Source of the DNA: Eledone cirrhosa
Lineage: Eukaryota
Reading direction: 5' to 3'
Assembly: GCA_964016885.1 (NCBI GenBank)
Contig: OZ024742.1
Coordinates: 202,368,001 to 202,432,000 of the forward strand
DNA length: 64,000 bases
Both the position numbers and the translations under genes were made by a program. Below the pieces are notes generated by a model. It worked only from the letters and a program-made list of their open reading frames with translations. It ran no database searches and was not told the origin of the DNA. Each line of letters starts with the position of its first letter. Positions within the stretch are counted from its first letter, which is position 1. Below, one piece after another: positions 39,300-52,961 of the stretch.

Positions 39300-40800
39300 T
39301 AGGGGAGGGTCATATTTGTGTAATATTGCCAGAATTAATAACAGAACACACTCACTGTTTGGTTGGTTTTCGCTTGTCTTTTATATCGGTTAATTTAATT
39401 TATTCGGTCCTCAATGTTGCCATTGACTGACCAACGGTCAAAAATACAGATACAATATAGACACAAACACATATATATAGTCTATCAAAGTTCTTTCGTT
39501 GCAGATCTGCAACATCGTCAGTGGTGCTATTATGTTTCCTCCCGTTGCATTGTATGCTTACGCCATCTTTATTTAGTCTGTTTATTTATTTATTTATTTA
39601 TTTGTTTTTTTTGTCTTCTCTGCGCATGCGTTTCCGTATAGTGTTTTGTTTGATGTGTGTTCTTGTTTGGGTGACTGTGTATTGGTTAATGTATTCTATC
39701 TTAGTTTACTATATGTGTTTGTTGTTATTGTTCTTGTGTTTGTATTTATCTGTTTATTTATTTATCTATCTATCTATCTATTTATACTTCTCTTAGGTCA
39801 GTGTTGTTTGTTTGGGTGTTGTTGTTATTCCATTCATTTTTTCTGTTTAGCTTTGGCCTTCTAAGTTCTATTTCGCTGGCCTCTCTGATTTGCCTATCTG
39901 CTGGGTCATTTCTATGTTTAGATATTATTCTATCTTCTATGTTGTCTATCTTACCGTTGTGTTGTTGTCTGGCATATTCGTATAGTACTGAACCGTTTTT
40001 TCGTCCTTTTATTTCCCCCCAGTGTTGGTCTATCCTTTCAACTATGCTACGAGCTGTCTCGCCTATGTATGTTGTTGTCATGTTTCTGCAAGTACCCTTT
40101 GTACATCTTATGCTATAGACTACGTTTCTAGTTTTACAGTTTATTCGGGGGCTTACTCTACATATGATGCATTTCCTATTAGTACAGTGGCTTTTCTTAA
40201 AAGGGTAGGTTTTGCTGATCAGGGATTTTATGGTGGTTCCTGGCTTTTCTACCACCTTAATCTTTAAGTGGGTCTTTCTCAGGGCCTTTCTACACTGGTT
40301 AGCTAATTCCCTATCTTATGTCTAGCCCTTTCTAAGCTATTCCATTATTTGCTCCTGTATAATGGGCACATTCCTTTCATGTCCAGTTCTATGAGGGTCT
40401 TATACTTCTCCGTGGCTCCTTCGTATACTCTGATTCTGTCTCTTTGGTTGTAGCCAGAGAACTGCATGCGGTTGATGAAGTGTTGGATGTGTCTTTCCAT
40501 TTCTGTTGGGTCGTACATGCGGGACACGTTCTTCATCACTCGTACCAAGTCTGCGATCAGAATATTAAACTTAGCACTACTGGACATTGCTGAGTTTTTG
40601 ACTATCAGGTATTTGGAGGCCATGGGTTTAGCATAGTGTGAGTGAAGAATTTGGGCTCTCTCGTCTATAGTGTTAATCCAGAGTTCCGTGTCTAATACAG
40701 GTAGTCTATTGTTAGGGTGTTTGGAAGGGTAGTCGATAGTTACAGTTATACTCTGGTGTATGGAATTAGCTATCTGCTGGATGCTTTCCATTATGCTACG
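39300..40800 (-). pseudogene. 5'-truncated Penelope-like retroelement, family C (RT C-terminus, Cys-rich linker, GIY-YIG, 3' pseudo-LTR)
   Basis: ORF 40345-40791 (LPVLDTELWI...HYAKPMAS...MQFSGY) and ORF 39782-40255 (CTNRKCIIC...NVVYSIRC...YIGETARS...RQIREA...LNRKNEW). HHR-like motif at 39477-39530. Confidence 0.9.
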
Positions 40801-40847
40801 TATATATATATATTGTGCTGCCTTTCCATTGTGCTACGTATATATAT

Positions 40848-41670
<823 letters not shown>

Positions 41671-41678
41671 AATGAAAA

Positions 41679-41796
<118 letters not shown>

Positions 41797-41976
41797 CGAA
41801 GGAAATGTGGTAAGGAACCAGGTGGACCATAACGCACCAAAGTACTCAATACTTGAGATAGTAGAGTGGGTAATAGGAACCAGTAAGACCCCGACAGCTG
41901 AGCTCAAGCCGTTTCGACGGCTAATTCTGGACCGTCGAAACGGCTTGAGCTCAGCTGTCGGGGTCTTACTGGTTCC

Positions 41977-42007
<31 letters not shown>

Positions 42008-42500
42008 ATACGGTATATATATATGTGTGTGTAAGGGAGGTGTGAGCAAAATAAATGTAAAGTGAAAGATGGCTATAGTCAATATATATATATATAAGTA
42101 TACATACACCATCGTACTTAGTACTTAGTGACAGTTGTCTCTGTTTCAGAACAATTATCTGTCCAGACTGACATCGGCGGAAATATTAGAACAATAGCCA
42201 TTTCTCTACAACAGTGGGCGCCTTATTTCAAAGTAATAATTGTACATTTCTAATGCATTTTTACCTTTTCAACCCATTCTTAACCATGTTTCTATTGGAA
42301 ACGAAGACAAATATCCCTTTTCCTGTGATAACACCAAAGAATTCTACACCCCTGACTGACTGCCTATAAGTTTGCCTTTCCGAGGCATAATAATGTGCAC
42401 AATATGTAAAGATTTATAAAGATTTCCAGATGTTGACTGAAGAGAAGGGATTGTCTGTGGTTTCTCCGATGTCTGTCTTGTGTACTCCGTTATACATACA

Positions 42501-42542
<42 letters not shown>

Positions 42543-42596
42543 GAAGGAGTGAAGAATAACTCGGAGTGAAGAATAACACTGTAGGGTTTATTCCAG

Positions 42597-42705
42597 GTAT
42601 TAACAAATGTTTCATTGGCTCGAAGTGTCTAAAAATCGCTATCTGCAGTTTTTCTTTGACATTCGATTTTAAGTACTGTTATCACCAGCAAAATTCTCAA
42701 AATAC
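42597..42705 (-). ncRNA. hammerhead candidate, U3-A8 core, long stem II insert
   Basis: Sense GTATT-TTGAGAA-TTTTGCT...AGCCAAT-GAAA-CATTTG-TT/AATAC. Confidence 0.5.
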
Positions 42706-42934
42706 TAGTTCGGGACTAGTGATACAACGCCGATATATAAAGAAATAGAGAGAGACAATACTGTTGACTGGAAAATATTCACAACAAAAACAAAACCAAT
42801 AGACATATTAGCTAGTGTTTTCTAGTTCACCACTGTTGATACAACTTAGCCCAAATGGTTAAGGAGCTCACTTCTCAATCATTAGGTCCCGGGTTCAATC
42901 CCACTGTGCGGCATCTTGAGTATGCCAGGTGTCA

Positions 42935-43130
42935 ACCATCACCACCAACACCGGCACCACAACAGAAATACTACCATCACCCTCCCTCCCTGCACCACCA
43001 ACATCGACACCACAACAGAAATACTACCATCACCCTCCCCGCACCACCAACACCGACACCACAACAGAAAGACTACCCCCACCCCCACCACCAACACCGA
43101 CACCACAACAGAAAGACTACCATCACTCTT
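42935..43130. repeat. minisatellite of about 50 bp
   Basis: CACCACCAACACCGACACCACAACAGAAA repeated four times. Confidence 0.85.
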
Positions 43131-43624
43131 ACCCCGCCATCCCCTTAAGCCATGGAAAGAAAAGAAATCCACCTTTTTCCTGTTCAGCAACATCAATAAA
43201 AATATTATTAATCTATTAAGTAAAATACCCGAATTTAATAATCAAATAAACATGGCCACCAACCAGTTATTTTGTTTTGTTTCATTGTTTGCTGTATTGT
43301 TTATTGCTTTAATTTTTATCATTTATTGTTTATTTTTTATATTAATTGTTTATATATTTATTTATTTTCATCGTTAATTTTAATTGTCTATATTTTATCC
43401 TTTACGTTTTGTTTCATTTTGCTATTGTTTAACTTTAATTAATTAATTTTATTGTTTATTTTTATTGTTAATTTTTTGTTGATTAATTTTAAGGTTTAAT
43501 TTTTTAATTGTTTATTTTATTGTTAATTTTTTGTTGATTAATTTTACTGTTTAATTTGTTAATTGTTTTCATTGTAAGCTTTTAATTATTTGTAACTATT
43601 TTCTATTTTAATTATTTACTTTAT

Positions 43625-44075
43625 ATTATTCCATACTTTTTATCATTCCATACTTTATATCATTCCATACTTTTTATCATTCCATACTTTTTATCATTCC
43701 ATACTTGTTATCATTCAATAGTTTTTATCCTTCGCTATTTTTTACCATTCAATAGTTTTTATCAATAAACTCATTTTATCATTCCATACTTTTTATCATT
43801 TCATACTTTTTATCATACGCTATTTTTCATCATTTAATACTTTTTATCATTCACTATTTTTTATCATTCAATACTTTTTATCATTCCATAATTTTTACAT
43901 TTAATAATTTTTATCAATCAACACATTTTATCATTCCATACTTTTCATGATTTAATACTTTTTATCATTCACTATTTTTTATCATTCAATAATTGTTATC
44001 ATTCCATAATTTGTATCAATCAATATTTTTTATCAATCAATAATTTTATCATTCAGTACTTTTTATCATTCTATA
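43625..44075. repeat. 17-bp minisatellite
   Basis: CCATACTTTTTATCATT tandem variants. Confidence 0.9.
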
Positions 44076-44186
44076 CAATTTGCTCTATTGCTTGCCTTTC
44101 TCATTTATATATATTCTTTATTTCTAGTATGTATGTAAACATTTAGTTTTAATCTTTACTTTTGTCGTATATGATTTTACTGTTTA

Positions 44187-44390
44187 GGGCGGTGGGTTGG
44201 CAGTTTCGGTAGAGCATCAGAGCATCAGACACCATGCTTTGAAGCATAGAGTTATGGCTCTTTAAGTTCTGAGTTCAAATCCCGTCAAGGTTAACTTTGC
44301 CTTTCATCCTTACGGAGTCGATAAAATAAAGCACCTGTAATACACTGGAGTAATTGCTGGCCTTGTGTCTGCTAAAAGAAGAAACAATTA
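44187..44390 (+). mobile_element. SINE family A
   Basis: A and B boxes plus core. Confidence 0.8.
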
Positions 44391-44728
44391 CTTTACTGTT
44401 TAGTGTTATATTTTATTTACTTTATGTTTGTTTGTTCGTTTTTTTTTTATTTTACTGTTTCCGGTTTTAAATTTCCATCGTACTTTACTTCCTCCATTTT
44501 CTTTGAGAAGTAAAGTACAAAGCTCTCCCTCCTAACGTCTCTCCATTCAACCTCTTTCTCGCTCACTCTTTCTATTACACACGTTATTTCTTTATACAAA
44601 CACGCATACACACAGATTCACATACACACACGCACACACATATATATATATATATTTTGGGTCATCAAGTATGAAATTTGTAGAATTTTTTTTTCCAGAA
44701 ATCTCTACAAATTTCATACTTGATGAAT

Positions 44729-44845
<117 letters not shown>

Positions 44846-45044
44846 TTTGTGTGGGAGTGTGTGTGTGTAACTTTATGGTTATTTTAACTCCATCCTGCCA
44901 CTCGTCCTGCCTCTCGATCTATATATATTCGACTCTCAGCCACTATATACATACATATTATACACACACATACACAATCACATATACATATATATTAATG
45001 TGTGTATATATATATATATATATACATATATATATACATATATA

Positions 45045-45255
45045 CGTGTGGCTGAGTGGTTAGAGAATTGGATTCGCAATAGTGAGGTTGTGAGTTCTAT
45101 TTCTGGACCAGGCGATGCGTTATGTCCTTGAGCAAGACACTTTATTTCACGTTGCTCCTTCTACCTGGAGTTCGATCGATAGATGGTATTAGCAATTGGA
45201 AAGACCAACGGAAACATTGTTTCCTCGGTCCGATTTGACGAAAGTCGATCGTTCC
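45045..45255 (+). mobile_element. SINE family B
   Basis: A and B boxes plus body. Confidence 0.85.
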
Positions 45256-45417
45256 TATATATACATATATATATATATATATTTGTCTAAAAGTAATGTT
45301 ATAATTCTGGGGTAATATTCACCATTGAGTGCTTAGCTGCACACCGAATCTGCATTCGTTAGCTTGGCCGCCGCCAAAAGCTTCGTTGATGCTGTACTAA
45401 TATTTGTATATATATAT

Positions 45418-45467
<50 letters not shown>

Positions 45468-46107
45468 CCACACACACACATATATATATATATGTAAATA
45501 TATATATATAAGCACACACATATATGTATATATATATATACATATATATATATATGTATATATATGAGTATGTATATATATATATACATATATATATATA
45601 CATATATATATATATATGTATATATATATATTTATATGTAAGTATGCATGATGATAGCTAACAAGCTTGAAACTAGTACATCGTTCCTGTGTCAGTGTTG
45701 AACAAAAAGGTGACGTGGTTGCCTTAACACCGTATGGCATAAATTCAGGCTGTTCAGTTTGCTTACAAACGAACAAAGCGACGTTATAATAAGCGCCGCT
45801 AAACTGATACGTGCATATATGTATGTGTACCTGTATGCATATGTATATACATATGTATATATATATATGTGCATGCTACTGTACGTCTGTATACATATAT
45901 GTATGTACGTATACATGCATACTTACATTTAAGTAAGTGCCATACTAAGAGTGAGAAATGAAATTTCGTTTTCATTTTGTTTCAATTTATCGTTTTCGGT
46001 ATGCCTGACCGATTTAACTCACTCAATATGCAAATTAGGCTGCTCAGCCGTTAATTTTCATAAGGAAAGTATATACTTTCGAACGTTCAACTATCTGGCA
46101 ATGGGTA

Positions 46108-46152
46108 AACGGTGCTGATGATAGCTAACAAGCTTGAAACTAGTACATCGTT
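46108..46152 (+). ncRNA. minimal type I hammerhead ribozyme (array 2)
   Basis: AACGGTG-CTGATGA-t AGCT aaca AGCT t-GAAA-CTAG-TA/CATCGTT. Confidence 0.85.
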
Positions 46153-46579
46153 CCTGTGTCAGTGTTGAACAAAAAGGTGACGTGGTTGCCTTAACACCGT
46201 ATGGCATAAATTCAGGCTGTTCAGTTTGCTTACAAACGAACAAAGCGACGTTATAATAAGCGCCGCTAAACTGATACGTGCATATATGTATGTGTACCTG
46301 TATGCATATGTATATACATATGTATATATATATATATATGTGCATGCTACTGTACGTCTGTATACATATATGTATGTACGTATACATGCATACTTACATT
46401 TAAGTAAGTGCCATACTAAGAGTGAGAAATGAAATTTCGTTTTCATTTTGTTTCAATTTATCGTTTTCGGTATGCCTGACCGATTTAACTCACTCAATAT
46501 GCAAATTAGGCTGCTCAGCCGTTAATTTTCATAAGGAAAGTATATACTTTCGAACGTTCAACTATCTGGCAGATGGGTA

Positions 46580-46624
46580 AACGGTGCTGATGATAGCTAA
46601 CAAGCTTGAAACTAGTACATCGTT
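46580..46624 (+). ncRNA. minimal type I hammerhead ribozyme (array 2)
   Basis: Identical motif to 46108-46152. Confidence 0.85.
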
Positions 46625-47073
46625 CCTGTGTCAGTGTTGAACAAAAAGGTGACGTGGTTGCCTTAACACCGTATGGCATAAATTCAGGCTGTTCAGTTTG
46701 CTTACAAACGAACAAAGCGACGTTATAATAAGCGCCGCTAAACTGATACGTGCATATATGTATGTGTACCTGTATGCATATGTATATACATATGTATATA
46801 TATATATATATGTGCATGCTACTGTACGTCTGTATACATATATGTATGTACGTATACATGCATACATACATTTAAGTAAGCGCCATACTAAGAGTGAGAA
46901 ATGAAATTTCGTTTTCATTTTGTATCTATATATTTATATATATACATGAATACATATATATGTATATATACATATATATGTATATAGTATATATATATAT
47001 ATATACACACGTATATATTCATATATATATACAGATATATGCATACGTATACATATGTGTGTGTGTCCCTCGA

Positions 47074-47104
<31 letters not shown>

Positions 47105-47227
47105 AATTTCCTATTTGTTAATCTGTTTCAACAAAATCAATATTTTACTGGGGAAACTGTAGATAATTTATGAATGATTAAATCAAAACCGCTACATCTC
47201 TGGTAATTGAAGTTCATCGGACAAACC

Positions 47228-47258
<31 letters not shown>

Positions 47259-47408
47259 TGTATGTATGTATGTATGTATGTATGTATGTATGTATGTATG
47301 TATGTATGTATGTATGTATGTACGTATGCATGTATGTATATACATTTACATCGATATGTTTATATATATATGTGTGTGTGTGTGTGTGTATTTGTTTATA
47401 TATATATA

Positions 47409-47486
<78 letters not shown>

Positions 47487-47537
47487 TACATATATTTTGA
47501 CATTTTGACATATGTGTCTCTCTCTCTCTCTCAATAT

Positions 47538-47635
<98 letters not shown>

Positions 47636-47784
47636 TGTATGTGTGTATTGAAGTGTGTGCCTGTTCGCGCATTAGATAAATGTATCGTAATTCTTAATTA
47701 TTTTGATATGTTCATTAATTTCTTTTTATTTCCTTCATATTTCTCTCTCTAATTATCATTATTATTATTGTCGTTGTTGTACAA

Positions 47785-48095
47785 CTATCTTCTGATATAA
47801 GCGGCTTTCCCGGAATTTGGGATAAGTAATCATTAGACCTCTTAAGTATCATTCCTAGAGCGCCTACGACCACTGGTATTGTTGTAGTTCTCAACTTCCA
47901 GATTTGGAAAAATTTCTATTTCCAGGTCTTTATGTTTGTTCAATTTTTCAAATGTTTTTAAAGATACATTCTTGTCTATAGGAACGGTCATGTCAATCAG
48001 CAGGCATACCCTCTGTTTAAAGTCCTTTATTATATCAGGTCTAATTGCATCTAATTTTCAGTCTTTTTAGAAGCTAAAGTCCCACAAAATTGAGC
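47785..48095 (-). pseudogene. restriction-like endonuclease domain fragment of an RLE non-LTR retrotransposon
   Basis: ILWDF...IRPDI.IKDFKQRVCLLIDMTVPID...TIPVVVGALGMI; frameshifted. Confidence 0.75.
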
Positions 48096-48449
48096 GTGAC
48101 CATTCGTTCACTTGTCGACACGTATTGCATATCGCTCCTGTAAGTTTGTTATCATTTCTGTTATTACACAAAATTATATATTGAACATTTGTTACCATTA
48201 TGTGGATAGACTAACCAATGCCTTAGGGAGCTTATTAGTGATTCGCTATCTGGAACCCTTAAGGAGCTAAGAAAGTGCTCGTTTAGCAAACACACTCCTC
48301 AAATTTTGTTTAAAAATAGAAAGATGGTGGACTAGGAATGTAAATCTGCTGAAAGGAACTGCCAGCTATCTGTAGACAGGAAGATGAAAAGTCAGTGACA
48401 GCAGCAACAGCAGCGACCGCAGGAGAGATAGCAGATGATGTACACAATC

Positions 48450-50040
48450 TCAAACAGTCACCTATTCAGATCACAAATGTGTGATCTGCATGGTCAACCT
48501 AGATAGACCTCATAGACAGGGAGCGGGTTACTGGAAGTTTAACGCGTCGTACCCAGCGCTTAAGCCTACTATGCCCGGATTATCATATTAGTTAAGCACC
48601 GATTAACTAGTGCAGTCGTCACCAACATATGGTAGGGCGCCCTCACAATAGTGATTAGAGTCGGTACCATTTAGTAAAGAAAATGTGATAGAAGAAAATA
48701 GAACGTAGGGGGAGTTAGCAGCTAAACTACAAGAGACGATTACGAGTGGTATTGAAACCGACATGCTAGCTGCGAGAATGGTGCTAGACAACTTCTTCAA
48801 AACGAAACACGAAAGTTGCATTGTTTGAGCGCAGGCGCATGCTCTAAAAAAAACAGAGAACAAAAGCTGTTCGAAGGGTCCAGTGGCAGAGGCACAACGT
48901 GGAAACAATGATACAATTCGTGCTTTGAGGAAACTATCATGGCGCATGCTGTTCGATTCCAAGCAGATGTGTCCGGCTTTTGGGCAACACCCTGCAAGGT
49001 AGCGGAATACAGTTCCTAGATTGGCGGCCTACCATGAGCCTCTGTGGTTGATGCGAAGTTATATTTAAAGCTGATAACTGGATGTACGAAGTGCAAATCA
49101 CTCAGTTTGTATATTCTGCCCTCCTAGCTTTGCGTAAACATGGCAGACTTGTTCGCTGATCACCTCTAAGTTTTCTACAGCAACTAGCAGCAGAAGGGGA
49201 GAATTCTCAGTTCTGTATCTTAGGGTGTAGGAACGCTGATCAGGAAAGACGGGAACAGGGAAACGTTATGAATAATTTCTGGTCCATACATCTTCACAAC
49301 ACAAAGTTCAAGATCTTGGACAAGGTGCTAGCAACGAGGTTGGTGCTTATCGTAGAGAGCCCCGTAGGGGAGGTGTAGCCGTGCGCAATCCCGATCAGGT
49401 CCATATACATCAAACTCTACCTCATATTATATATCATAGGGAGTGTAAGGAGAAAATCTGGCTTCGGTGAGGCTCTGATCAATTTGGATCAATCGAAAGC
49501 TTTCCATAGCGTCGACCATCGATACCTGGTCGCTGCCCTCAAGGTAACCAGCGTTGGTCACGTCTTCAGAGGCTAGATCACTGCAATGCACAGTGGCATC
49601 TGCTCGGTGGTCAAAGTCAACGGCCCCCAGTTCGGAATTATTCCAGGTCACATGGTCGATCCATCAAGAATGCCCTATCTTCTCCTTTCTGCACGTGCGA
49701 ACTCTCGAGCCACAACTGCGGGACGTGGGTGAGCTGCATCGGCATACGCGGATAACGTCACCGTAATGGTGTCGAACACCTCGTAAATCCAGGTAATCGG
49801 CAACTTCTTAAGGGAATATGAAATCTTGACGGGAGCAAAGATCGACTCGGAAATATTGGAAATGTTGCACCTCGACACATGGTGAGGCAAATCCATGCCA
49901 TTCAACAGTATCACCGAAGACGGTGGACGGACGGACCAGTGAAGTAGAATGGAGTCTGGTTTGGGCCGGCCCTCCAGGTAGATAAGAATTCTGATGAACT
50001 AACGAGCAGATTTGCTACTTTCATCCAGAAATGGGCTGAG
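48450..50040 (+). pseudogene. degenerate Tx1/L1-like ORF2 fragment
   Basis: YSDHK (48462), GYWKFNAS (48525), KILDKVLATRL (49310), NLDQSKAFHSVDHRYL (49481), SAYADNVT (49739); many disruptions. Confidence 0.75.
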
Positions 50041-50374
50041 ATGGAGCCAGCTCTGAAATGAAAACACTTTTAAAACAACGTTTTAGGTGAAACTTGTCAT
50101 GTACAAACCTATTTTTTTTAAATATAAAATACATTTTGTCTTGTTTACTATACACAAAAGTATAAAAACTAATTTTAACGTAAAACAAATTGCTGTTGTG
50201 TAGTATACACATGACATGTACATAAAATATAAACACAGTACGTACTTTTTAAAAATCTTTATCATTTTTCCTATATATGTATACAAATAAAAGGCAGAGT
50301 TAATAACTCCTGTTGACACCCTGTAATTAACAAGCTCAAAGTATAAATACTGAGCATTATCTACTATATAAATT

Positions 50375-50564
50375 AGGGCGGTGAATTGGCAGTATCGGTA
50401 GAGGGTTGGACGCCATGCTTTCTAGCATAGTTACGTCCCTTTACAGTCTGAGTTCAAATCCCGCCGAGGTTAACTTTGCCTTTCATCCTTACGGGGTCGA
50501 TAAAATAAAGTACCAGTAATGTACTGGATAATTGCTGGCCTTGTGCCTAAAGTAGAAACAATTA
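50375..50564 (+). mobile_element. SINE family A with TSD
   Basis: ATTATCTACTATATAAATT flanks both sides. Confidence 0.9.
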
Positions 50565-52125
50565 TCTACTATATAAATTGGAAGTGGTCGGACGTTGTAT
50601 ATGTAGGTGTAGTCGGGATAAACGTCTAAACGGCTTGGTGGAATGCAGCGAAAATTTACACAGTTATGCAGAATGACGCGAGGAGGCGTTGGGTTGACTT
50701 TCAAGCTACAAGCTTCCATGGTTACGGGATATTTCGAGAAACGTTGCAACCAAAAAAAACAGGAAGACGATATTTTCGTTCGTGAAGACGTTCCCTGGCA
50801 ATGAACGGAAAAAAGCGAGAATAATGCGTCGTTATGTGGAGCGAAAGAAGAACAATTTCATGCAGAGACAAGACCAAGTTTATGGTATAAATGGAGTCGT
50901 TAGACTAATATTCTATTTAAAATAACAGAATGATTTCCAGCCCTGGAGTGTATGAATGATGTAAATAAAATTGAAAACGAAAATGACAGAGGTTAAATAG
51001 TAAAAATAAATAGTGAAGATTTAGGCCAGTACATACGTATGCCCCGACGGACATACACATACATACGCACACACAAATACATACCCCCTCCCCCACACGC
51101 ACACACACGCACGCACAGGCACACGCACACGCGTGCGTATGTATAAACCTTACACATTTCTACAGTATTTTCACCAAACTTAAGACATAGGTTACTTATG
51201 TACTCCGGATGGTCATGGGCACTTTCATTTTTCCAGATATTGATTATAGGGCCTCCCGGCAGATAACCCCTTTAACCACTTCCTTGGAGTCGACTGAAGC
51301 ACTGCAGTGCAATGCAACAAAACGTCATAACTGCTGGAGTTCGCAACCGATTTTAACAAAACTTGACACATGGGCTACGTTTGTCCCACAGATGAATGTG
51401 AACTCTCAGAATTGGCACATATTGAGTAGGGGACTCCTGGGGGCAGGAACTCCCTTTTGGAAAAAGCCGATGATTTTGTAAAAGTATAGTTTTCGAAAAA
51501 GCACTTAAGTATTGACATAAATGGTATACACAACTGCTATTTAATACTCGAGCAACGCGGGGTAACTCTTCTAGTATAATAATATATGTAGGAAAATACA
51601 GGTAAGATACAGACAGTCTCAATAACTATTATATCTCCCGGACAGATTAGAGATTTAATCTGTTTCGCCCTGAGTATTGTGTTTGTAACAGATAGACAAT
51701 ATATGTATATATATTCTTCATACTTATAATTTGATATGTCTCTATTATTTGTACTCTTGAAGTAGGGCTACTTTTGAACCTCTGTTTTGTCGTTTTCTTG
51801 AACTATATATATATATATTTATATATATTATATATATATCATAAATTATGTCCATAGAATCATTTGATAAAATATATACACCAGTTCCTCTCCCAATTAG
51901 CATAATTAACCACATAAAAAATCAATTAGACCAGGCTATAAGAATAAAAGCTCCTATGAAGAAATATTCGAAATAAACGAAAGCAGCCTCTTCGCGCCCG
52001 ACCGAAATAGAATATTTACCCAACATTTCAACAGCATGTAGAAATCGACTAAATATACCGTCAACCATACACAATTAGGTATAAATTTGAAGTTAGAAGA
52101 AATGCGTACACTTTTACCGTGATTA

Positions 52126-52205
52126 TGTCCCTACCATGGGTTTCGGAAGTATTTTGAGATATCCTATTAAGGATAAATCTCAAGTATCGAACTCATCAGC
52201 AGACA
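52126..52205 (-). ncRNA. hammerhead candidate in a monomer of about 665 bp (51840-52552)
   Basis: Sense TGTCTG-CTGATGA-...TTGAGA...TCTCAA...-GAAA-CCCATGG-TA/GGGACA; first stem I pair mismatched; terminal direct repeat AAATTATGTCCA...ATATATACACCA. Confidence 0.55.
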
Positions 52206-52549
52206 AACTCATAGGACAGTTAATTTTCCAAAGCGATCCCCGCCAGAAATAGATTAAAAAATGGCTAAGAATCGTGACGTGGTAGTGGTCAAGTTAGAAA
52301 GAATGTGATTAGTTGCTTACGGCAAGTGGGCTGGTTGCTAGAAAGCGCAGCCCAATATTGCCCAAATTGCATCTCAACCTAATCGGAGATTATTAAGTAT
52401 AAAGATTTACATATACACAAAGTCACATATATATATATATGTGGCAACCGTTCACGATGTGGCTCAATGAAGAATTTATAAATTAAATAATCAGAGCAAT
52501 ATATCAAATTATGTCCAGAGATTCATTTGATAAAATATATACACCATTT

Positions 52550-52596
<47 letters not shown>

Positions 52597-52768
52597 ATAA
52601 TACATGGACGATTTGTTATGGCTTCACTGCGTTTATTGATTGGTGACGCTTGATTCGCTATTGATCAGCTCAAGTTTCGATCGATCTGTATCGATCTGGC
52701 CCGACTCTGGAATCAAAAGCTCGACGGACCTCTGCTTTGGTAATGACAGAGTGAACCATACACTCCCT

Positions 52769-52864
<96 letters not shown>

Positions 52865-52929
52865 ATACATACATACATACATACATACATACATTCATAC
52901 ATACATACATACATACATACATACATACA

Positions 52930-52959
<30 letters not shown>

Positions 52960-52961
<2 letters not shown>

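Larger units (their letters stand above)
45640..46922 (+). mobile_element. tandem retrozyme-like array 2 (about 2.7 units of about 470 bp), a diverged relative of array 1
   Basis: Predicted cleavage after 45678, 46145 and 46617 (spacing 467 and 472). Confidence 0.85.

Noticed and set aside
42141-42231. Possible host exon (QLSVQTDIGGNIRTIAISLQQWAPYFK) between AG and GT
   Set aside because: Short, no recognisable homology, and no neighbouring exons identified.
52636-52735. Possible minus-strand HHR (GAAAC-TTGA...TCAA-GC-GTC)
   Set aside because: No acceptable CUGANGA or UUGANAA core.
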